Assembly (NCBI RefSeq): GCF_001194135.2
Contig: NC_068988.1
Location: forward strand, 10,027,656-10,091,655
Origin: Octopus bimaculoides
Taxonomy: Eukaryota
Direction: 5' to 3'
Length of the DNA: 64,000 nt
How positions within the stretch are numbered: the stretch's first letter is position 1; every line of letters starts with the position of its first letter. Below the pieces are notes generated by a model, which had not been told where the DNA came from, did no database searches, and saw only the letters and a program-made list of their open reading frames with translations. The position numbers and the translations under genes were made by a program. Positions 55,100-64,000 of this stretch are shown piece after piece.

Positions 55100-55392
55100 G
55101 TTTTTAAACTGGTACATAGTCAATAACACCTGCTTACTAATAGACTTTGCAGTTCTTTCTAAGCAAAATATTGTCCCAAAAGAAGTACAAAAATTGTCAA
55201 AGTACAATGTCCTCGGAATTGAAGCATTCAAGATGTGGGACATGAAGTTGAAAATAGTACCAGTAATAACTATAGCATTGTGTAAAAAATAACATAGAAT
55301 CTCTACCTGGATCTGCAACACAACACACTATCCCCAAATTAGCCCTGCTAGGGACAACCCATATCCTACGTAAGACACTGTCAAGTTAATAA
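55100..55392 (+). mobile_element. Second R4/Dong-type RLE fragment (different lineage)
   Basis: NNTCLLIDFAVLSKQNIVPKEVQKLSKYNVLGIEAFKMWDMKLKIVPVITIAL...KLALLGTTHILRKTLSS*. Confidence 0.85.
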
Positions 55393-55699
55393 TGCAACCT
55401 AAAAGAAACAACCCACAAACACAAGACACTCTCTACACAGCAAATATCCAATGAAATAAACTCCCATCAGTAGTCCAACTACCCATTGTATACACCATAC
55501 GCAATACAAACACTACTACAACAAACGTCTGTACCACACCCCAAAAATATATAAAAAAAGAAACTGACATAATACAATATCGAGAAGAGTTTTCACACTC
55601 CCAACAACAAAAAACAGAAAACACAATGTTACAGAATCACGAAGGTGTAGCAGGTGATGCAGTAGAAATTTGCCTGAAACAACAAAATGTTGGACAACG

Positions 55700-55887
55700 A
55701 TAATAAATATGAGATCGATAAAAATAATAATGATAATGATATTGTTTTTATTGCTATCATTGTTATTATTATCATTATTACTATTATGAATAGTGATAAG
55801 AATGATAATTATGATGATGATGATAATAATAACAATAATAATAATAACTACAACTCCAATAATAATAATAATAATAATAATAACAAT

Positions 55888-55923
<36 letters not shown>

Positions 55924-55951
55924 AATAATAATAATAATAATGATGATGATG

Positions 55952-55991
<40 letters not shown>

Positions 55992-56092
55992 GTTGCTGAA
56001 GAAAAAGAAGTAGATGCTAAAGAAGAAGAAGAAGAAGAAGAAGAAGAAGAAGAAGAAGAAGAAGAAGAAGAAGAAGAAGAAGAAGAAGAAGA
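55700..56092. repeat. Compound (AAT)/(AAC)/(GAT)/(AAT)/(GAA) microsatellite
   Basis: Directly visible. Confidence 0.95.
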
Positions 56093-56135
56093 ATATTAGT
56101 GTTAGTTCTAAGCATTTAACCAGAACGTGGCTTAC

Positions 56136-56160
56136 CTAGACTTTTTAATATGCCATGTCA
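56136..56160 (-). other. Candidate 25-nt micro-exon
   Basis: CCTGTATTTTGCAG|TGACATGGCATATTAAAAAGTCTAG|GTAAGC. Confidence 0.2.
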
Positions 56161-57037
56161 CTGCAAAATACAGGCGGCGTTGTATATATAATTTTTATAA
56201 ATATTAAACTGTACACGAATATTAATTTTTTTACAGACATTTAATATGTGTGTGAAAGCTAGCCAGACTACAATTAAATTCATATACGCTCATGAAATAA
56301 CATGAGATTGGAATAGCAATGTGTTTAATATTTGTAATGTATATACAAAAGTACGAAATAAAAAATAAACTGTAATATTTAGACTGGGGAAAATTTCTGA
56401 AAGAGCATTGGGTGTTAAAAAAGAAGAGCAACACTCAGAAATATGGTAGATCACTAGTCACGGATTTCCGACCTGATTTGATCTCTTCTGAGTCAAAAAC
56501 TTCGAACATTGGGCGCAAAGCCGAAGCTCTTTTTTATTATATAGACCCGGTAAAGGATGATTTTAATGATATATGCAAAAGCTAGCCAGCTTTGAATTAA
56601 ATTAATATACGCATTTGGAAGAGTATTGGATTTAAATAACGGTGTGTATAATATTCATAATATATACATACAAAAATGAAGTGGCAGTAGACGTATATTT
56701 ACATATGTTGTATAGCGTCACTTCAGTATACTTCGTTAATGGTGTGTGTTCTGTTTTTTGTTCAACTACGATGATATTTATCATGATATAAAGGTCATTT
56801 CAAATACCATTATGCCACGGTTGAAATGGTACCAACGATGAAAATGACAGGCTGCGGATTCATATCTCATATATTATATTTAGTTTCCTTGGGCAAAGCT
56901 GTATTTCTGAAGAAGTCTCAGTTTATAGAAATTTGAATAGTTTGTTCAGGTTATGTAACTCTGCAAATAATTATATGTTCACATAATTGAAGCGGGGTTA
57001 GCGTCGACGCGAAAATACTAAGAAAAATGTCATATGT

Positions 57038-57104
57038 GTGAGAATTCTATCGGGTTATGGAACCGTATTTGAAAGTGAGAATTCTATCGATTTATGGAAC
57101 CGGA
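57038..57104 (+). repeat. 37-bp tandem duplication
   Basis: GTGAGAATTCTATCG..TTATGGAACCG at 57038 and 57075. Confidence 0.9.
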
Positions 57105-57250
57105 TTGCCATGTGGCTAAGGGTGTTGCACGCGCAATTAGAATTTCGAAGTTGAGATTCCGAAATGTTGCGGTGAATTATGTTCTAAGTAAAACACTTCA
57201 TGTTTTCGTTGTTCTAGTCGACTCATCAATAGATATGTAACATTGCGATG
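57105..57250 (+). mobile_element. Highly degraded CORE-like SINE head
   Basis: ATGTGGCTAAGGGTGTTGCAC...GTTGAGATTCC...TGTTCTAAGTAAAACACTTCATGTTTTCGTTGTTCTAGTCGACTCA. Confidence 0.45.
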
Positions 57251-57320
57251 GACCGAAATGTTGTGATATTGGTCATTTATACGCCATGGAAATCGAATAA
57301 CCTGTCGCGTGGGTCAATGG

Positions 57321-57412
57321 ATTCGAGAAAGACATGTCCGGGGTTCGCATTTATTCGAGAAAGACATGTCAGGGTTTCGTACTGGATTCGGGAAAGACAT
57401 GTCAGGGGTTCC
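57321..57412 (+). repeat. 32-33-bp minisatellite x3 (ATTCGRGAAAGACATGTC...)
   Basis: Units start at 57321, 57353 and 57386. Confidence 0.9.
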
Positions 57413-57874
57413 AAGTATAAGCCAGGGCACTGGGTTATACATGGAACAACGTAATACATAGAGTTGCATGAAAGATGCTTAACGTTATCGGACGGAACAG
57501 TACAAAACGTGAAAGATATATAATCAAGAACACGCATTTTTAATTGAGAAATATATTACAAAATCGTTTATGGCTGTACATGTGAAGTTTATCCTAATAC
57601 TATGAAGGTATACAGTAATTTGTACGCACAAATATAAAGTTCATAAAACGTTCAGATATCGTGCAGTCACTGTTTTATGTTATAAGGGTGATGCAACAAT
57701 CCTCACTTGTACCAGTAGTTGTTATTTACGCTTTCAAATACGAAAAGTTCGAAGATTATCATACTGCGCAATATTTGCTTAAACTAGACGACAGAGCTCC
57801 TATTGATTTTTCATTGCACACTATAAGTGAACGCAATTTAAGTATTCTGACAATTATGATAACATCTGTGTGCG

Positions 57875-57911
<37 letters not shown>

Positions 57912-57936
57912 ATATATATATGTATATATATATATA

Positions 57937-57978
<42 letters not shown>

Positions 57979-58241
57979 AACATATAAATAAATAAAAACT
58001 AATACAAATGAACACGTATTAACAGAGAATATAGGTGATACAGACACTCCCCATACACACATGCACTTACAAAAGACACAGACACATTGAAGGACACGCA
58101 TGCGTAGACACATACAATAGGAATACAAAATACAAAATGGCTGATAGTTAGCAAGGTGAGACACACATAAGAAAGANNNNNNNNNNNNNNNNNNNNNNNN
58201 NNNNNNNNNNNNNNNNNNNNNNNNNNNNNNNNNNNNNNNNN

Positions 58242-58276
<35 letters not shown>

Positions 58277-58818
58277 AAATAAGAGGAACGACCAGCAAAA
58301 GTGGACTCCTATATGCTAGAAATACATGCCGAATCATCTAACCACGAAAAATAAGTTCTCAGTAAAAATTTAGCGACACAACAGACTGTAAAAGGGCAAG
58401 ACAAATGAAAAAATTACTAAATAAAAAAAACGATTAATCGTTCTTTTTATTTAGTATTTTTTCACAAATATATATACACATACACACACTAAGTCAAAGC
58501 TAGACATCCTAGTCGTAAGTATATTCTTCTCACAAATAACAAAACACGACACATATTTTATATATCTAAACGACGTCTTCACGTAATTATTACAAAAATT
58601 ACGGTGATTACTTCTTCGTTCATTATACAGCTGCTGCAGAAAATGTTGTTTATATTATTTATACATAATTATATAATTCTCAAGTGTTTGCCTTTATATA
58701 ATCCAATATGTAGTTTTTCCAATGTATATTTAATACGTCACATTTTGAATATTTTCTCATACCGAGGAAAATATATTTCGACCGCCGTGTGGTTTTGTTC
58801 ATTTCTATTTTGATATAA

Positions 58819-58819
<1 letters not shown>

Positions 58820-58849
<30 letters not shown>

Positions 58850-59048
58850 CTTCTTCTTCTTCTTCTTCTTCTTCTTCTTCTTCCTTTCCCTTCCCTCTTC
58901 CACCTTCTTCCACCTCTCTCCATCCCTTCCTCCTCTTCTTCCCAATCTTCCTCCTTCTACTACCTCTCTGTTTCCCCTTCTCCTTTTCCTCTCCTTTTTC
59001 TCTCCTCTTCCTATTTCTTTCTTCTTCTTCTTGTTCTTCTTGTTCTTG

Positions 59049-59080
<32 letters not shown>

Positions 59081-59236
59081 CTTCTTCTTCTTCTTCTTCT
59101 TCTTCTTCTCCTCCTCCTCCTCCTTCTTCTTCTTCTTCTTCTTCTTCTTCTTCTTCTTCTCCTCCTCCTCCTCCTCCTCCTCCTCCTCCTTCTTCTTCTT
59201 CTTCTTCTTCTTCTTCTTCTTCTTCTTCTTCTTCTA
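58820..59236. repeat. ~415-bp polypyrimidine tract (CTT/CCT)
   Basis: Directly visible; source of the poly-E/G, poly-R and poly-F ORFs; followed by (ATT)n to ~59390. Confidence 0.95.
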
Positions 59237-59328
59237 GTATTATTATTGCAGTCCCCGTTATTATCATGATTATTATTATTATTAGTCTTATTAGTGTCGT
59301 CGCCGTCGTAGTTGTTGTTCTTCCTGTA

Positions 59329-59387
<59 letters not shown>

Positions 59388-60555
59388 TTACGTTCGTGTT
59401 GAACATGTTTTGTTGATAAAAAGCATTGTTGGCTTCTTTTCATACCTTCGAATTCTTCATTTTCTTTATTTATCTTATTTGTTTATTTGCTTATTTTTTG
59501 GGGCTTTGATGTCTTGTGTAAGCCTTTTGGATGTTTGTAAGAATCCGTTTCGTGTTATTTTATATTTCAGAAAAACGAAGTTGATTTTCTTTCTCTGTAC
59601 TTTCTTTTGGCTTCTTCTTTCTCACAACGAACACATAGAGACATAATATCCTTCTGTAGTTTTATTTTAATATTTTTATCTTCAAATACGAATCTTTAGA
59701 GTTTTCCATTTGTTTTCTTCTTCATCTTATTTCCTTTTAGTTTTATTCTTCTTCATCTTCTTAAACACAAGTATGATTTTGCTATTGTTATTATAATTTT
59801 TACTTATTGTTTTAGTTGGAGAGGTTTGTATTGTTGATTTTGTTGCTGTTGTTGTTTTCACTCATGTTAATATTCTTGTTATAGTTGTCATTTTAACGTA
59901 ACCAATATCTTCTTCAATGAATTTTGCCACGGAAGCCCCTCCACAAAGTATAAAATATTGAAGATATACTGTGTCCTTCAAAACATTGGAACGCCGTCAA
60001 GGGACATTTAGTGAGTTTCGTTTTATCGTTTATTTCGTTTTCACTTGTTTAGTTTTTTTTTTATGTCAGTTTTATATTTTTATACATTTTTTCTTTTCCT
60101 CCAAGAATACATCTTTATTGAAATACTGTACGTATTGTATTGATTTCAGCGCTGAAATATATGACATCCGATATAAATCAACATCAATTTTTATTTGGAA
60201 CAAGTAGAATTGAATTATTTAGTTGGCAGACAAGAAAATCAAATTTCCATAACAAGATATCAACAAGTAAGTCCATTTGTGTCTTAGTTTAACTCACTTT
60301 CTTCATAAGTTTACTTTTTACTTAAGATGTATTTATTCTCTTTTATTTCTTTACATTTTTTTATATATTAAAAACCAGACTATGACACAATATTTTAAAA
60401 TGTGAGTTACGATCTGGAAGAAAGTGAAAACGGCATCCAATGTAAGAACTATTTATGTATATGTTTGTGGAACATATCTGAATTTATTAGACAAATATAT
60501 TACTGGTACAAATATTATTGGGTAATAATTTTGCTGTAAGACTATAAACATAAGA

Positions 60556-60725
60556 TTGTGGAAGGGTGTGGCTCAGTGCTTAGGGATGTTGGATTCAGGA
60601 GCTTCAGATAGCGGTTTCGATTCCTAGACAGGGTGACGCATTGTGCTCTTGAGCAAAACCCTTTATTTGACGTTCGTTCAGTCCACTCGCCTGCCAATAA
60701 TAAGTAATCCTGCCACGGACTGACC
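60556..60725 (+). mobile_element. 5' part of a tRNA-derived CORE-like SINE
   Basis: A box TGGCTCAGTGC; B box GGTTTCGATTCC; CORE-like GCATTGTGCTCTTGAGCAAAACCCTTTATTTGACGTT..CAGTCCACTC. Confidence 0.8.
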
Positions 60726-61128
60726 GAGATTCAATTCGACTAGTATAAAAATATACGCCGCGGAAACCAGGAAATCGACCTTGTGAATTTTTAGGTCTCG
60801 GAAGGGAAGTTACTTCTATGCATATTAGATTATAAGGTACTATATTTATTTTGTTGCAAATATATAAAATATCCAAAAAAAATATTGCCTGCACGCCTAA
60901 TGGGAACCACTACAGTATTAAAGCAGAGCTGGCTAATTGGATGTTTTCGTGATTGACAACTCAAGTTTACTCAAACAAAATCTCCGCAAATAATGGAAAA
61001 GTAAATACTTAATGTTAATAAACTTTTGCCAGATGTGCTCCGCTGTAACATCATACTGATCTGACAAGTACATTGTAATTAATTCTGCAGTACATCATCT
61101 GTAGTTGCGAATGAACGCATTTGCGGGA

Positions 61129-61195
<67 letters not shown>

Positions 61196-62189
61196 GTGTA
61201 ATATATATATACACACACAAACACACATAGGTGTGTATGTACATATGTGTACTTATATGTATATATAAATATATGTATGCATATACATGAACATGAATAT
61301 GTATATATGTATCTATTTGTATATATATATATATGTACATATATATATATAATATAATATAGGATAAAATCTTTATAAGAATTTATCAAGTAGTCAGTGT
61401 GAAAAAACCCCACAGGGAAAAAAACTCATCGTTTTTTTTTCCCATAAATATATATAATTTATATAAGGGCATTAACTATATAGTAATGCCTCACGCTTAG
61501 AGGGACTAAATAAGTCAAAAACCACCAAAAAATAAGCAACATATTTACCGAAAGCGAGGAAATGCAACTTTCAAAATTAATCTCTTAAAAACATTTAACT
61601 TAACGGCAAACCACTGGTTTCTCAATCAATACAGCAACACTGTGAAGTAATCTGCATCTTTTGTTCATCAGTACACGTATGGTCGAGACACAAAAATAAA
61701 CAAGAATCAACATACCACGATGTACCCAACATAGTACGATGACTTCTGTTCATCTTTATATATCCGTGAAAGAGTTTAGAATTTATCCGGTTGCATCTCG
61801 GTTTGCCGTTAAGTTAAATGTTTTTAAGAGNNNNNNNNNNNNNNNNNNNNNNNNNNNNNNNNNNNNNNNNNNNNNNNNNNNNNNNNNNNNNNNNNNNNNN
61901 NNNNNNNNNNNNNNNNNNNNNNNNNNNNNNNNNNNNNNNNNNNNNNNNNNNNNNNNNNNNNNNNNNNNNNNNNNNNNNNNNNNNNNNNNNNNNNNNNNNN
62001 NNNNNNNNNNNNNNNNNNNNNNNNNNNNNNNNNNNNNNNNNNNNNNNNNNNNNNNNNNNNNNNNNNNNNNNNNNNNNNNNNNNNNNNNNNNNNNNNNNNN
62101 NNNNNNNNNNNNNNNNNNNNNNNNNNNNNATATATATATATATACATACATATATGTATTTGTCAATATATATACATGCATATATATAA

Positions 62190-62225
<36 letters not shown>

Positions 62226-63534
62226 ATGTATGTATATATACGGGCGATAAACGTTATTATTGGTAGACATAATCAACAATTGTTTCACAGATGATGAACA
62301 TTTTCGTTTCTGAAGATGAGATTGTGCTTAGCCATCATCCAATCTATGTATCGTATAATAATCGTTTTCAGTTAACAATATAATATAAATGTCATCTCAC
62401 AATCACAATTATATTTATTTTCTTCACTTGCCTTTATATAATGAATTAAACAAAAACTCTTTTATGAAGATGCGTGAAATCTTATAATGCTTAAATCCAG
62501 TAATGATGGAATTTTGTCAAGAAGTAGAAAGGAAATGTGTTATTAATGACAATGAAATAACTTAATGAGAGTTTAGGCTACTTTAGCAATTTGAGCAGTC
62601 GTTCTCGTCTATATATTTTACCACACCTACGATGGACGACATCCATTCTCAATTTTCTGAACAGCATATTATTCTGAAATGCTTATTTACAGATATGCAA
62701 GTAATTTTGTAACTTGTAATTTAACGTTAACAGCTGGATACATACGTAGAGCGTTTGCTAACAGAGACAAGCGTAGCAACAGGATAACTTTAATAACATG
62801 CGTAGTAATAGAAAATATGTGCTATGTATTGTAGACATCAGCATACTATACAATGACTATTAGGTTTCATATATCTGGTCAAGACATTCTGGTACCGAAG
62901 GTAAATATCGTCCATCAGTATTACAATGTCTTAAATAATATGCCGAATTTGCAAAACTCTTTGAATTATATACTGAAGTTTGAGAATAAATTCTAATTCT
63001 CAAATGGGGACCTAGTTTTGAACATGGTAAGTGTAATGCAACAACAATATCTTTCACCAAGATTTCTAAATGCTTCCCTGTTTCAATTGCCTTTACTTGT
63101 CCTTATATGATCGGCAGTTTTGTCAATGTATTGCAATGAGTGATTTTAGGTGTGAATCTCACGATTTCCTATCGAGATGTCTGTACAAAGTACGTTACAT
63201 GAAAAGATAATTATTTCGTTTGTGTAAGTCTGGAGAATAAATTCTTAAATAAATACACAGATGGTTCGTACATATAAATTAATTTTGTTTACTTTGTGCA
63301 ACTTTAATAACATTTCTATGTATCTAATAGATGTAATTTAATATAAACATATTATTAATCATGAGACTGTCGCAAACATTAATTTATGGCTTCCGTCTCT
63401 CGAATTCAGTGGTCGTCAATAAGATTTCACACTGAGAAAATAATTCATATATAAATAGCTAAGCAATATTCATATGCAGGGAGTTACAATATACATCCAT
63501 TCAAGTATACATATGCATATGCATAACCGAATAT

Positions 63535-63568
<34 letters not shown>

Positions 63569-63613
63569 GGTAAATGATAGGGTTGCCTCAATCCTTCAGG
63601 GGTAGGCTGAAGC

Positions 63614-63654
<41 letters not shown>

Positions 63655-63891
63655 TTCACGAGAAACCGCGAGAGCTACACGTGACTGTTTTCCCAGGTAG
63701 AGGTGAACACCTTTCTCCATGTGATCGGCTTGAAAAATATCCCAGTTGTTAACATACTGCGATATTTTCCTACATTTCTTAACATGAAACCAACGGTAGA
63801 ATTAATTCAGGAATAAATAAATTATATCCACCAATGTGGTATTCTACACTCACTTCCATAGTTCGACATTCACATATGCCTTTCTATCTAA

Positions 63892-63894
63892 TTG

Positions 63895-63980
<86 letters not shown>
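63892..63980. repeat. (TCTA)n tetranucleotide microsatellite
   Basis: Directly visible. Confidence 0.95.
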
Positions 63981-64000
63981 GATCGATCTACATATATATA

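Noticed and set aside
57321-57412. CRISPR-like repeat-spacer array
   Set aside because: Only three units, the variable parts are ~14 nt and related to each other, no cas genes, eukaryotic DNA

Overview
AT-rich eukaryotic DNA, very probably an octopus draft assembly (inferred from the tRNA-derived SINE families and microsatellite load). About 6 kb of the window is N gaps, nearly all flanked by (TA)n or (CA)n. I cannot identify any intact protein-coding gene: the supplied ORFs come from microsatellites, N gaps or transposon fossils, so the window looks intronic or intergenic. Recognisable content: (1) a near full-length decayed mariner at 2873-4149 interrupted by a 155-bp TG...CA solo-LTR-like insert with a GC box and TATA box; (2) a deleted hAT (Buster/Charlie-like) transposase fossil and a piggyBac-type MITE; (3) a CR1-type LINE fragment and two R4/Dong-type LINE fragments; (4) more than a dozen copies of three tRNA-derived SINE families; (5) two Penelope-like terminal repeats, each with a minimal hammerhead-ribozyme fold, one with a canonical core and one with a CUGUUGA variant. 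The most interesting leads are the hammerheads, the nested LTR, mirror-image microsatellite blocks that could form long dsRNA, an unexplained GC-richer island at 13.9-14.6 kb, and a few isolated candidate exons. All family assignments are from remembered motifs, not database searches.
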